Below are positions 25,817 through 36,907 of a DNA stretch of 64,000 nt, piece by piece. Origin of the DNA: Candidatus Uhrbacteria bacterium (lineage in GTDB: Bacteria; Patescibacteriota; Patescibacteriia; UBA9934; GWF2-40-263); NCBI GenBank assembly GCA_016188495.1, contig JACPHU010000028.1, forward strand, positions 38,325 through 102,324, given 5' to 3'. Each line of letters starts with the position of its first letter. Position 1 is the stretch's first letter. A program made the position numbers and the translations under genes. Below the pieces are notes generated by a model that saw only the letters and a list, made by a program, of their open reading frames with translations, ran no database searches and was not told the DNA's origin.

Positions 25817-28800
25817 ATGCATATCAGACGTTTTTCTCTCATTGCGGGTTTTTTCTTGGCACTGTGCCTCAGTGTCGGAATTTTTGTTGCCCCTCCCGTC
25901 TTTGCGCAGGAAGTGGATTTGGAAAGTTTTGCCCAAACCGCTGGGTTTTCTACCGATGCGGACATTACGGTCATTATCGCCAGGCTTATTCGCACCGCCA
26001 TCACGCTGGTTGGGGTCGTGACGGTTGTTTTTATCGTGTACGGAGGATTTGTCTTAACAACCGCTGGCGGAAATCCGGAACGTGTCAAAACAGCAAAGAA
26101 AATTATTACCAATGCGGTTTTAGGCCTTGTTTTAGTCTTCGCTTCTTTTGCGATCGTCCAATTTATTTTGAATGCTCTTGTTTCAGCCACAACAGCAACG
26201 ACAGAGACTTCCTCTGACAGTTCCTCTTCTTCTTATTCTGATGGCGGAGAAAGTTCTGTCTTTTATCTTTACTCCGTTAATACACAGTGCGCGGAGGCTC
26301 TGCAAAATTTTGAGCTCCAATTTGTTTTTTCTAAAAAGGTTGATCCCGATACTGTTTCAAACGGTATTACTGTGATACAGGGAACAGCAGAAACTGGAGG
26401 ACCGGTCGTGAGCGGAACATTCTCTACTTCAGGAAGCACTGTGACGTTTGTTCCTTCTCAGTTGTGCGATTCTCCTTATGAGACCGAACATTGTTTTGAT
26501 CCCAATACCGATTATTTGATAGGCATAGATTCTTATTACATTAAATCCACCTCTTCCCAGTCTTTGACGTGTACTACCAGCTATCCTTGTTCTTTTTCTT
26601 TCACCACAGGCGATCAAATAGATGTGGATGATCCATCCGTAACGATGGATGCTCCAGAGGACGGAGAGAGTTTTTACGCAGGTTCCATAGAACTTTTACA
26701 AGCTCTAACGACAGACGATAGCGGAGTTTCCAAAGTTGATTTTTATGTGATTGACGATGAGGAAGCGATCTATTCTTCCGGAGTTAATTTTTCTACCGCC
26801 GGAGCCCTCTTAGGAGAGAATCAGGAAAATGCTTTTTTTACAGATACAACGCAGGAGTGGGCTACGCAAGGTTATACAACAAATCAAGAGTATGATATTT
26901 GGGCAAAGGGATCTGATTGTGCCGGAAATACTGATACCGCTTCGCACATAAGCATTGTGTTGCGCGCGGCAAACTGCAATAACGGCGTCCTGGATTCCGA
27001 TTTGGGCGAGACAGATGTGGATTGCGGAGGCGAAACATCAAGTGCTTATTATTGCGGGGCCTGTGAAGGAGATGAGTGTACAGAGAATGCAGATTGTTCC
27101 ACCGGACAATGCCAAGACGGGCAGTGCATCGTCACTCCTAAAATAGAAAGCGTGTCTCCAGGGGATGGCGCCCCAAATAATTTGATGACGATTTCCGGGG
27201 AAGGTTTTGGGGAGGTAGCCGGAACCATCACTTTTTTGGGTACGGAAAGCGGAGATGAAGTACAGGTCAGTGCGTATTCTTGTAATAGCGTTGTCCAGTG
27301 GTCCGATGACGAGATCATCGTTCAGTTGCCTGTGGGGGCCGTTGACGGACCTCTCTTGGTTACCACTGCCGATGTTGAACCTGAATTCGACCGAACGGAT
27401 GACGATTATGGACCTTCTATTGCAGATGTTGATGTCAACGCGATTGTTCGGCCCGGCATCTGTCTTTTAGATCCTAAGACGGATGTTGCCGGAAGTTCGG
27501 TTGATGTTTATGGAAACGGTTTCGGAGATGCTCAAGGTTCATCCATGTTTTATTTCAGCAGTTACAAAACGAGCTCCTATCTTTCTTGGGAAAATACGCT
27601 GTTGGGCGTTGCTGTCCCGACGATCAATTCTGGAAAATATTCTACGCAAGTATTTACGGGCGACTATACATGTATTGATACGTCCGGAGTTTCCACAGGC
27701 ATTGTCTGTTTAGAAGACAGTGATTGCCACACAGACGAAGGGGAGACCTGCGCCACCTCTTGGTGTTCTGAAACGTTGGAGTACTGTACGGACGATGATT
27801 CCTGCGCAGACACGGATGGAACTTGCGAATCAGTTCGTGTGGGATCCAATAAAGTCTCTTTTACCGTTAAAGATACCTCGACGGAAACCGTACCTATTAT
27901 TTCTTCTGTCGATTCCGGATGGATGGCCTGTTCTGGAGGCTCTAATGATGGAGGACAATGTGGAGAAGATACCGATTGTCCTGATGGAGGCACCTGTGAA
28001 GATGCTTCGAACTGGGGTCCTCCGGGCCAATACGTCACTATTTACGGAACGAATTTTGGTACCTCTACAGGTTCTGTGTATTGGTATAACGAAGACTTAG
28101 GTTATCTGGCGCTGGGGGATACGGATTTTCCAGATGCCTGCGGAGATGATTTTTGGCACGATACGTCTATTACCGTGAAGGTTCCTGAAACCTATTTAAC
28201 CGAACAACAAGATGCCATTAAACCCCTCACGCACGCTCTTTTTGTTGAACGTTCTGACGGGGCAAAGTCCGAGACTCAGGATTTTGTGGTATTAGACGAT
28301 CAACCAGGTCCGTCGATTTGTGAGATCAACCCATCTTCTGGTCCGGTTGGCACAAAACTGACGTTGTACGGGGATCATTTTGGCACAGGCGAAGGATCTG
28401 TGATGTTCTATTCCGAAAAAACAGCTTCTTACGGTTTGTGGGAAAACGATGAAATTTCTTCCGTGTATGTCCCTTCCGATTCTGAAACGGGACCTGTGTA
28501 TGTCAAAGAAGAGAGTCATGGGTACACATCCAACTCTGTTAATTTTAGCGTGGGAGATTGCCGTGAAGAGAGTGATCTGTGCGAAGAGGGCGAATCTTGC
28601 TGTTCCAATGGAGCCTGTTCGACCAGTTGTGAAACGCAAAACGCGGTTGCTGCCCACTATGCCTTTAAAATAACCACAGGCATCACTCCCAATACTCCGC
28701 ACGTGGTGATTGAGTGTACCGAAAACGGCGTTTCGCCTTCTCCATGGGAAGGATGGAGCGATCCGGAAGATATCTGCGTGACCGCTTCTGTTCAGGCTGA

Positions 28801-31800
28801 ATTTGATCGGACCATGAATCAAAGCACGGTGAATACATCTACAGTGGTTGTAGAAAAATGTATAGAAGTATACACAGCAACAGACGAGAGTTCAGGATTG
28901 GGAGAAGAGGGGGAATGTAAAACTTGGGAAGCATTGGTTCCTTCCGATTTTGATACCGATGAAACCGGTTTTTCGTGGGACCCGCCTTCCGGAGGATTTG
29001 CCACGAGCACTCTTCATCGGGTGACTTTGAAAGGAGTCAATCAGATTCAGGCGGACGAAAGCGAAGGAGGAGGATATCTTGAACAAGATTACCAATGGGA
29101 ATTTACCACCAGTTCTTCCGGAGCTTTGTGCGAAGTGGGTGAGGTGAACGTTCGCCCGGATGAATACACGCAAACAGAACAAGAGGACGTGAATTATTCT
29201 GCCCAACTTATTGCTCAAAATGACCGTTGCGTGGCCATGAGCTGTTCCGGTTATGCCTTACATTGGCAGTCAGATTTTGACGGAGCCCTTATTGCCGTTG
29301 CAGAACCTGGCGAAGGAGTCTGCGAAAATGACGTCTCAGCTGTTGACGAGACGCCAGCAAATGATCCTGCCCTTATTACGACAACTGTGACAAACGCTGC
29401 CAGCAAGCCTTCCGGTACAGGCGCCTTGACGATTAATTTTATTGATCCGCAGATCAACGATTATTTCCCGCAGTGTTCGACCGCTTGCGTGAACGCCTTG
29501 CCGTGGGCAGAATTTAATACGGTGATGTCAGCATCCACGATCAATGAGAACAGCGTCAAACTTTATTCTTGTCTCAATTCTTTGTGCGAGCCTTCTCAAA
29601 TAACGCAAGTTTCTTTTATTGATTCAATTAGCGTTAACGAGGCAGCCGATCGTTTCTCTATCCATTTTAAAGATACTGAAACCATGACAGCGAATACGTG
29701 GTATCGCATCGTTGTGGATGGGGACGCGATTACTTCCCAAACAGGCGTTCCTCTTTCAGAGTCCGGTTCAAATGAAGGTTCGGACGATAACCGTTATTTC
29801 CCAAATGACTTTTCTTGGATTTTTAAAACCAAAGACGATGCGGTGAGCTGTAAGGTGGATACGGTTTCTTTAGATCCAGACCTTGCCGACATGAACTACG
29901 TCGGAGAGCGTCAGGAGTTTGAAGCTACGCCAAAAGGGGAGCCTGATGACTGTTCCGAGCAAGGGCAAACGCTCCAGTCCGGATCTTATGTATGGGAAGC
30001 ATGGAGCGCAAAAGATGATCCAAATACCGTAGGAGCCAGTTCAGGAGGCGAGAATGAGCAGGATGAACTTGTTGCTTACATGATCCAAGATGGAGCCATT
30101 GAGCTCACCTCAGAACTCCCTGCGTACTGTACGGCCAGCTGTCTGAATGCGGGAGCTCCTGTGACCAGTGCACAGGGCGTGTGTGGCAATGGAGTTGTTG
30201 AAAGCTCTGAAGAGTGCGATGACGGAGTTACGACCGCCGGCGACGGATGCTCTTCGTTCTGTTTGGACGAGGGTTCGACCAGTTACGGATCTGTTTGTGG
30301 CGATAAGGTTAGAAATTATTTTGCTGACGAAGGAGGGGAAGACTGCGATGACGGCAATACAACCAATGGCGACGGATGTTCTGCCGAATGTCTGGATGAG
30401 GGGGCTCGAGCCATTAGTTCTGTTTGCGGTGATGGGACCAGAGACTGGGCTGAGAATACCGGAGGAGAAGACTGTGATGATGGAAATAAAATAAGCGGAG
30501 ACGGCTGTTCTCAAAATTGTTTGAAGGAGGGCTCTCTTTCTGAAGAAAATGTATATGCTGTTTGCGGAGACGGAACCGTGAGCGATGGAGAAGATTGCGA
30601 GGATGGGAATACAGTCAGCGCAGATGGCTGTTCTTCTGCCTGTTTAAATGAAGGAACCAAAGCATGTCCCACGTCCGCCTCTACAGGAAATTGCTGCGGA
30701 AATGGAATCAGGGGAACAGGTGAAGAATGCGATGGGGAAGAAGGATGTTCCAGCGCCTGTTTGTGGGCAGGTTCTTCTTATCTTTATGAAGCCGCTTCCT
30801 TTTGTGGAGATGGAGACAAAGAAACAGGTGAGGAATGCGATGCGCAAACGTCCTCAAGCTTCAAGACTGGAGATTACGGCGTCGCTCAAGTAGCAAGCGG
30901 TGCTCCTTTGGAAGTGAATAGCGAAACTCACTATGCGTTATCTACTGTTTCTGTCACGGTTGATAGCGATGTCAGCGGCGAAGCGACGTTACAGTTAGAA
31001 TGTTCTTGTACGACCGACGAGTCTTGCGGCGAGACAGGTTTGGGATGCGGCGCAAGCAATTGCTGTTATGAACGTCCTGCTATTGTTGATGGACAGGTCT
31101 ATCCTGCCGATAATACAGCCAGTTTTAGTGCTGGCGACGACGAAGGGTACTGCCGCAATTCCGCTATCTGGATTGAGTTTACTCAAGTCATGGATGAAGC
31201 GACCTTTGACCTGACGGAAGATTCCGATGGAGACGGAATGATCGATCAAGAGGAATTTAAAGGTAATCTTTATTTGGACTTGGTTTCTGTTGATACCAAT
31301 GAAGATGGCATACAAGAAACGGTTGACGAACAGAAAGAGTGTCCTCAAGGATATGAAGGAGCGGCCGCTTCTGCTCAGGGAACGGTTTTACGCGTTTGGA
31401 ATTGGTTGAAGGATCTCGTTTTGGGATGGTTTGGACGCGATGCTGAGGCGTCTTCCGTTTTTGCTTGTCATGTTCCTATTCATTATGAGATGTATCAAAA
31501 TTCTGATGAAACTTTCCATGTTTATTTAAGATACGGATCTTTGCTTGAAAAAAATGCGATCTATCGGTTAGTCGTTGTTGGCGATAACCAAGCGGACGAT
31601 TCTGAGAAGACGGGGGTATTGAGCCAACAGCAGGTCACCGTATGCTTAGGAGATGATTGCGAAAATGCGAGTTTCGAACAGTCGTTTGCTATCGGAGACG
31701 ATATCTGTGATTTGGACCGCGTGTTGGTTGAAGATCAGGGTAATGTTGATGCTACGGAGTATGAATCAGCCAGTATTGGATTTTTTAGTTCTACCAACGA

Positions 31801-34800
31801 AGAGCACGCCTTTATTGCCACACCGCAGACGTATCATGCAGGAAGCGGCTATCAAGAAATTTCTCCGTTAGCCGATTTGTATGAATGGACGTGGGCTTGG
31901 GGTTCTTCCAAGACTGACGAAACAGAATCAGATATCGTGGCGATTACCGAAGGGGATGCAGCAGATGATACAACGACCCATTATTCCGCTTCCGGCGCCA
32001 CAGGATACGAAACTGTCTTAACTTCGGCGGAAATTACGGTTGATGAACTTTTTACTCCCACTACCCAATCAACGATCGTGACAGGAACACAGGAAGTGTC
32101 CGCTTTGGTGTGCGAGAATCCTTGGCCAGCATTGGATTCTGCTTCAGGATTTCCTTATGTAGAAGATCTTATTCCAACCAATTTTTCTTTCTATTATTGT
32201 CGTGATGCCGGAGATTTTGGAACAGATGACGACCTTCCTGCGCTCGGAGACCCGATCGACGTCAGTTCCCTTTCCTCTTCAGGGATTATTCAGGAATTGA
32301 TTTTTAAGATAGAGGATTCAAGCGATGCTATCGGTGTACGCGTGGTATCCAATGACACCTATCTTTCGCCTTCCTCGTGGGTAGAAGCGCAAGGATTTAC
32401 CGGCTCATTTTCACAAACCCAGTTAGACGGGTATGAGGCGGTTGAGTCTGGCACCACGGTGTATACCTCCGCGGCCAACCAAAGCTTAGGATCGGTTTAT
32501 CCGAATGTCTATGTTGTGTCTTATAACCAAGACGCAGGGGAAGAAGCACAGCAGATTTTTGATCAAATTTTGGAAAACTGGAGATTTAATGCCAATACGG
32601 ATGAAGTGACGGATATCAATCTGTGTTCAGTGGATGGGGATTATGTAACCGATGAAGAAGGAAATTTTCTTACCTGTAGCTGGAATGGGGATTGTTTGGA
32701 GACCTGTCAGGACAACGTTTGTTCTGTTTCTGGAGATACGTGTGAGGCAGATGCGGATTGTCCTCTGGCATTAAATACAAGCACTCCTGTGGTGTGTGAT
32801 GCACAAAAAGCTAAACTCACACGCGACACCAAGCGTCTTACCGATATCACGGACATTCAGTCCACGCTTGAAACCTTTGGAGAAAATAACAGGCATTGTT
32901 CTGTGACAAAAGGGCAGAGTTGCGAAGAAGACGCAGATTGTCCTGGAACGGAAGAGTGTGTCGCGGGATTTCCTGCCGTTCAATCAGGAACGTTTGTTCC
33001 GGCGCTTTCCAATTCTCTTTGGGGATCTTGGAATGCTTCTTTGGCCAATGAACTAGGAACAACGCTTCCGACAGATCCTGTTAACGCGTTTTACGATTGT
33101 TCAGAAGAGGGATTTGACTCAGCTTCTTGTTGGAACGGAGAAAGCGGAATGTTCATATGTCCGGAGGATTCTCATGTGTACGGCTATCAGAGCATTGGAG
33201 GAGAGTCCTATATGTTGTATGCGCAGCTTGAGACTTCGGGCAATGTGGCTTGGGCCTATGATATAGACACCGATACCTCGGATGAAGCTGGGATTGTGGT
33301 TGAATATCCAACCGGGTACGCTCCAACGAGCACCCCTTTGGAGGATGGGTTTGAATCCACTCCCCAATTTTGCGATGCAGGAACATGGGGAGACTCAGCT
33401 TTGTGCGGTGATGGAACGCAAGGAGCAACAGAAACATGTGAAATAGGAGATACGAAATCGATTGCTTGTACGGACGATGTGACAAGTGAATTGGGAACGA
33501 TCACCTCCGCTTGTCTAACGGATTGTTCTCAATACCAAACAGAGGTTCAGGCCGAGACTGCGGGCGCTGACTGTATTGCCTATGAATGCGGAAACGGCGT
33601 TGTGGAGGATTTAGAATCCTGTGATGACGGTTCGTTAAACGGAACTTACGGTCATTGCAGCGATACCTGTACGTTTACAGGTGCATTTTATTGCGGAGAC
33701 GGTTATTTGGCGGATTCTGAGCAGTGCGACTGTGCTACAACCACCAACTATAGCAGTGTAATCACCGATACAAGCAGTTGGGCCTACGGCAACAGCTGTG
33801 TGGTTTCCAACGGCCAATACGCTTCCAATATCGATGTGAGTTGTGCGTACAACTGCACGGAACCAGGACCTTCTTGTGGAGACAAGGTCGTAAATGGTGG
33901 CGAGGCCTGCGATGGGGATTATGAAGAATGGAGTGGAGCTCTTTGTGCAGACGCAACGACTTGTTCAACTGATAGTGATTGCGAGACGGGGTCTTGCGGC
34001 GATGGAAACGTTTCTTGCGGAGTCGGAGATATCTGTACCGATTTCACGGACGTGGGAGAAACTTGTACCTCGGACAGTCAATGCGATTCACGTGAATGTT
34101 TAGCAGGAGTTTGTACAAGCGCGACGGATGCCGGATCTGTGTGCGTCGTTACAACGTCAGATCCAACCGGCGGTTGCGAATCTGGCTTGTGCGGAGATTT
34201 TAATTACACTCTTTTCCGTTATCGAACCTGCAGCAGTACGTGCGGTTGGAACAGTTGGTCGGAATGCGTAGGCGGAACACAAATTTGCGGAAACGGCACG
34301 CTGGAAGGTAATGAAGCGTGCGATGACGGAAACACTTCAAACAATGACGCTTGTTTAAATACCTGTCAGGTAAACGTCTGCGGAGATGACGCAGTGTACG
34401 TGGGTGTTGAGTCGTGTGATAACGGTTCTTCCAACGGAACGACGTGCGAGGCCTCTTATGACGGCACGTGTAACTACTGTAATTCAACCTGCCAATATAA
34501 AACTCAGTCAGGAGGATATTGCGGAGATGGAGTGCTCAATGGCACAGAGGTCTGTGACGGAGGGTATTCTACACAATTAAAATATTTTGACGTTGAAAAC
34601 CAGAAAACAACCGGGGCTTGTACAACTCATGGTGCGACAACCACAGACGCAAGCGATACGTATACGTGTCGGTGGTTAGGTGTGTGCGATGGGGGTTCAG
34701 AAAATGGAGATTTTTGCACGCTTGATGTAACGACTTACAATTCAAGCGGGATCGTGCAACCGCTTTCAAGTGGTACGGATACCAACACATGTACAGATGG

Positions 34801-36046
34801 AGAGTGTGTTGCTCCTATTTGTGCCGATAATTGCGCATCTTCTTGTCCTGTGAGTTATCAAACAACAGGCGTCCTTGTTCAAAGCGAAATTTCCGGAAGC
34901 GAACCTGCTGAATTTATCGATTTGTATAGCTTTTTGAATGACGAAGGCGATTCGCCGGATAACGCCACGCTTTATATCCCTGCCTGTAATGTGGCGACGG
35001 TATTAACCGCAGATCTTGATGATCAAAATATTACGCCACCGGACGTGGATATCGTGTTTGTGACGGATCTTACCGGAAGTATGGGTTGGACTTTGGATGG
35101 TTCTCGAAAGATTGATTTGGCGGTTAATTCGACTATCAATGCGATCGAGGAGTTATTCGATGCCTACCGTTCTACAGATGCCACAATGAAGATAGGCTTG
35201 GTTTCCTATACGGTTGATTATGGAGGCGGCGCATTTTGTAACAGCGCTTCCGCTCAAACCGATGGAGCGTACACGGATTCAGTTCTGGTAGATGATTCGT
35301 CTGAGGCAGCTCTTATCAGCTATGTCCAAAGTTACTCCACATGCGTTACTTCCAGTAACGGTTCCACACCTACCTACAATGGTATTGAAGAAGCTGTCAG
35401 TCTCCTTAAGAGCTCATCATCGACCGCTGCGGTGAAGATCGTCATTGTCTTGGCAGACGGAGATTATGACTGGATTGATTCCGCGTTGAGTACAGATGGT
35501 TGGGATGACACTACCGATTCCGTGACCAACGAAGCGTGTAACAGTACGTATTCGAAGGTCTACAACGGAAATACATACACAGAGAAACCTGCCTGCGCTG
35601 CTGACATGTACGATGATTTTGTTGACAGTTCAGATATTCTTTTCTATACCGCCGCGATCACGAGCGATTCAACCTATCAAGGGTACACTTCCCATATCTC
35701 AAGCAATGACTGCGCATGGGAGACTTCCAGTTCAGCCTCTAAAACTTCGGATTGTACAGGTAATTACGCCTTTGCAGGGGCAACAGAGGATGAAATTGAT
35801 CAAATGTACGAATCCATCGTCGATTCCATTTTAGGAACGAACGTTACCTTTACGGCCACGGATGAAGATGGCGATACCCATACCACCACCGGTGAGGTTC
35901 AAGCAGGGTCTGATGTTGAACTTCCGTTTCCAGAAGGATTCGTCTGCCAAAGCACGCAGCAAAGCATTCCTTTGCGCAACGCCTTTTACGGTGAGGGATT
36001 CATCAGCTTTAGCGATTTTAACCTGACCTATTGTCCTTACCAATAG
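25817..36046 (+). CDS. Giant (~3,409 aa) surface protein: pilin-like TM hairpin, Ig-like and IPT/TIG domains, Myxococcus-type Cys-rich (DUF4215) repeats, internal type IV pilin-like domain, C-terminal vWA
   Basis: VFA-QE signal; YGGF..TAGGNPERVKTAKK; GxxVTIxGxxFG TIG motifs; many CG[ND]G..E.CDDGN..GDGCS..C; DIVFVTDLTGSM MIDAS; ATG 25817 lies after the P element. Confidence 0.9.
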   Translation: MHIRRFSLIAGFFLALCLSVGIFVAPPVFAQEVDLESFAQTAGFSTDADITVIIARLIRTAITLVGVVTVVFIVYGGFVLTTAGGNPERVKTAKKIITNAVLGLVLVFASFAIVQFILNALVSATTATTETSSDSSSSSYSDGGESSVFYLYSVNTQCAEALQNFELQFVFSKKVDPDTVSNGITVIQGTAETGGPVVSGTFSTSGSTVTFVPSQLCDSPYETEHCFDPNTDYLIGIDSYYIKSTSSQSLTCTTSYPCSFSFTTGDQIDVDDPSVTMDAPEDGESFYAGSIELLQALTTDDSGVSKVDFYVIDDEEAIYSSGVNFSTAGALLGENQENAFFTDTTQEWATQGYTTNQEYDIWAKGSDCAGNTDTASHISIVLRAANCNNGVLDSDLGETDVDCGGETSSAYYCGACEGDECTENADCSTGQCQDGQCIVTPKIESVSPGDGAPNNLMTISGEGFGEVAGTITFLGTESGDEVQVSAYSCNSVVQWSDDEIIVQLPVGAVDGPLLVTTADVEPEFDRTDDDYGPSIADVDVNAIVRPGICLLDPKTDVAGSSVDVYGNGFGDAQGSSMFYFSSYKTSSYLSWENTLLGVAVPTINSGKYSTQVFTGDYTCIDTSGVSTGIVCLEDSDCHTDEGETCATSWCSETLEYCTDDDSCADTDGTCESVRVGSNKVSFTVKDTSTETVPIISSVDSGWMACSGGSNDGGQCGEDTDCPDGGTCEDASNWGPPGQYVTIYGTNFGTSTGSVYWYNEDLGYLALGDTDFPDACGDDFWHDTSITVKVPETYLTEQQDAIKPLTHALFVERSDGAKSETQDFVVLDDQPGPSICEINPSSGPVGTKLTLYGDHFGTGEGSVMFYSEKTASYGLWENDEISSVYVPSDSETGPVYVKEESHGYTSNSVNFSVGDCREESDLCEEGESCCSNGACSTSCETQNAVAAHYAFKITTGITPNTPHVVIECTENGVSPSPWEGWSDPEDICVTASVQAEFDRTMNQSTVNTSTVVVEKCIEVYTATDESSGLGEEGECKTWEALVPSDFDTDETGFSWDPPSGGFATSTLHRVTLKGVNQIQADESEGGGYLEQDYQWEFTTSSSGALCEVGEVNVRPDEYTQTEQEDVNYSAQLIAQNDRCVAMSCSGYALHWQSDFDGALIAVAEPGEGVCENDVSAVDETPANDPALITTTVTNAASKPSGTGALTINFIDPQINDYFPQCSTACVNALPWAEFNTVMSASTINENSVKLYSCLNSLCEPSQITQVSFIDSISVNEAADRFSIHFKDTETMTANTWYRIVVDGDAITSQTGVPLSESGSNEGSDDNRYFPNDFSWIFKTKDDAVSCKVDTVSLDPDLADMNYVGERQEFEATPKGEPDDCSEQGQTLQSGSYVWEAWSAKDDPNTVGASSGGENEQDELVAYMIQDGAIELTSELPAYCTASCLNAGAPVTSAQGVCGNGVVESSEECDDGVTTAGDGCSSFCLDEGSTSYGSVCGDKVRNYFADEGGEDCDDGNTTNGDGCSAECLDEGARAISSVCGDGTRDWAENTGGEDCDDGNKISGDGCSQNCLKEGSLSEENVYAVCGDGTVSDGEDCEDGNTVSADGCSSACLNEGTKACPTSASTGNCCGNGIRGTGEECDGEEGCSSACLWAGSSYLYEAASFCGDGDKETGEECDAQTSSSFKTGDYGVAQVASGAPLEVNSETHYALSTVSVTVDSDVSGEATLQLECSCTTDESCGETGLGCGASNCCYERPAIVDGQVYPADNTASFSAGDDEGYCRNSAIWIEFTQVMDEATFDLTEDSDGDGMIDQEEFKGNLYLDLVSVDTNEDGIQETVDEQKECPQGYEGAAASAQGTVLRVWNWLKDLVLGWFGRDAEASSVFACHVPIHYEMYQNSDETFHVYLRYGSLLEKNAIYRLVVVGDNQADDSEKTGVLSQQQVTVCLGDDCENASFEQSFAIGDDICDLDRVLVEDQGNVDATEYESASIGFFSSTNEEHAFIATPQTYHAGSGYQEISPLADLYEWTWAWGSSKTDETESDIVAITEGDAADDTTTHYSASGATGYETVLTSAEITVDELFTPTTQSTIVTGTQEVSALVCENPWPALDSASGFPYVEDLIPTNFSFYYCRDAGDFGTDDDLPALGDPIDVSSLSSSGIIQELIFKIEDSSDAIGVRVVSNDTYLSPSSWVEAQGFTGSFSQTQLDGYEAVESGTTVYTSAANQSLGSVYPNVYVVSYNQDAGEEAQQIFDQILENWRFNANTDEVTDINLCSVDGDYVTDEEGNFLTCSWNGDCLETCQDNVCSVSGDTCEADADCPLALNTSTPVVCDAQKAKLTRDTKRLTDITDIQSTLETFGENNRHCSVTKGQSCEEDADCPGTEECVAGFPAVQSGTFVPALSNSLWGSWNASLANELGTTLPTDPVNAFYDCSEEGFDSASCWNGESGMFICPEDSHVYGYQSIGGESYMLYAQLETSGNVAWAYDIDTDTSDEAGIVVEYPTGYAPTSTPLEDGFESTPQFCDAGTWGDSALCGDGTQGATETCEIGDTKSIACTDDVTSELGTITSACLTDCSQYQTEVQAETAGADCIAYECGNGVVEDLESCDDGSLNGTYGHCSDTCTFTGAFYCGDGYLADSEQCDCATTTNYSSVITDTSSWAYGNSCVVSNGQYASNIDVSCAYNCTEPGPSCGDKVVNGGEACDGDYEEWSGALCADATTCSTDSDCETGSCGDGNVSCGVGDICTDFTDVGETCTSDSQCDSRECLAGVCTSATDAGSVCVVTTSDPTGGCESGLCGDFNYTLFRYRTCSSTCGWNSWSECVGGTQICGNGTLEGNEACDDGNTSNNDACLNTCQVNVCGDDAVYVGVESCDNGSSNGTTCEASYDGTCNYCNSTCQYKTQSGGYCGDGVLNGTEVCDGGYSTQLKYFDVENQKTTGACTTHGATTTDASDTYTCRWLGVCDGGSENGDFCTLDVTTYNSSGIVQPLSSGTDTNTCTDGECVAPICADNCASSCPVSYQTTGVLVQSEISGSEPAEFIDLYSFLNDEGDSPDNATLYIPACNVATVLTADLDDQNITPPDVDIVFVTDLTGSMGWTLDGSRKIDLAVNSTINAIEELFDAYRSTDATMKIGLVSYTVDYGGGAFCNSASAQTDGAYTDSVLVDDSSEAALISYVQSYSTCVTSSNGSTPTYNGIEEAVSLLKSSSSTAAVKIVIVLADGDYDWIDSALSTDGWDDTTDSVTNEACNSTYSKVYNGNTYTEKPACAADMYDDFVDSSDILFYTAAITSDSTYQGYTSHISSNDCAWETSSSASKTSDCTGNYAFAGATEDEIDQMYESIVDSILGTNVTFTATDEDGDTHTTTGEVQAGSDVELPFPEGFVCQSTQQSIPLRNAFYGEGFISFSDFNLTYCPYQ

Positions 36047-36049
36047 ACT

Positions 36050-36877
36050 ATGGACCTGAATGACTATCCCACAGGACGTCGCCTGTTTGCCTGGAAACCC
36101 GCCCTTCTCATTGCTGGTGGTGCCGTCTTTTTGATTGTGGTGGTTTTTATTCTTGTCCGAATGTTTTTTGGAAATGCTTCAGAAGAGTTTTTGCTCCAGA
36201 ATTTAGAAACTTCATCGAGTTCTGTATTGGATGCCTGTAATAACACGGATAATCCGGAAAGATGTCGCGCAGGATACCTTTCCGATTTAGCTCAACAAGA
36301 AATCTCAGCGCAAGCGTGCGATCTGCTTGAAACGGATGCACAAAAAGATAATTGTTATTGGAGTATTGCCCATGTCTCTTTAGATTCTGCTTACTGCCAG
36401 AACATTTCAGATGCCGCTTCGCTTTCACGATGCAAAGACGATGTGACAGAATCTCAGGCCATTGATCAGGCTAGTGTTCTTTTATGCGAGCAAATGATTG
36501 ACGAACATCGTCGAGAGCGTTGCGTGTATGCCGTTTCCGGACCCATTACCAGTCAAAATTGTCTCGAACGTGATCCGGGTTTGTGTGACGATATTTCCTT
36601 GTTCGAGCAGGCAACCGTAGCTGTAGATGTTGTCTATTGTCGAGAGATTGTTGACGAATATTTAGCTCTTTCCTGTGTTGATGCCGTTGAAGATCTTCTT
36701 GCGGTACAGATGGTTGATGAAGGAGAAAGGGATTCTGACCAAGACGGGCTTACCGATTCACAAGAACAGACCTACGGATCGGATCCTCAAAATCCTGATA
36801 CCGATGGAGACGGATATCTGGATGGAGCTGAAGTTTCTTCGGGGTATAATCCAATAGGCTCCGGTTCCCTAGAGTAA
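36050..36877 (+). CDS. Membrane-anchored Cys-repeat protein with C-terminal TSP3-like Ca-binding repeats
   Basis: N-terminal TM, periodic Cys pairs, DSDQDGLTD..DPQNPDTDGDGYLDG.E. Confidence 0.85.
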   Translation: MDLNDYPTGRRLFAWKPALLIAGGAVFLIVVVFILVRMFFGNASEEFLLQNLETSSSSVLDACNNTDNPERCRAGYLSDLAQQEISAQACDLLETDAQKDNCYWSIAHVSLDSAYCQNISDAASLSRCKDDVTESQAIDQASVLLCEQMIDEHRRERCVYAVSGPITSQNCLERDPGLCDDISLFEQATVAVDVVYCREIVDEYLALSCVDAVEDLLAVQMVDEGERDSDQDGLTDSQEQTYGSDPQNPDTDGDGYLDGAEVSSGYNPIGSGSLE

Positions 36878-36907
36878 TTAATCGCGGAACATTTTTATTT
36901 TCACTTT

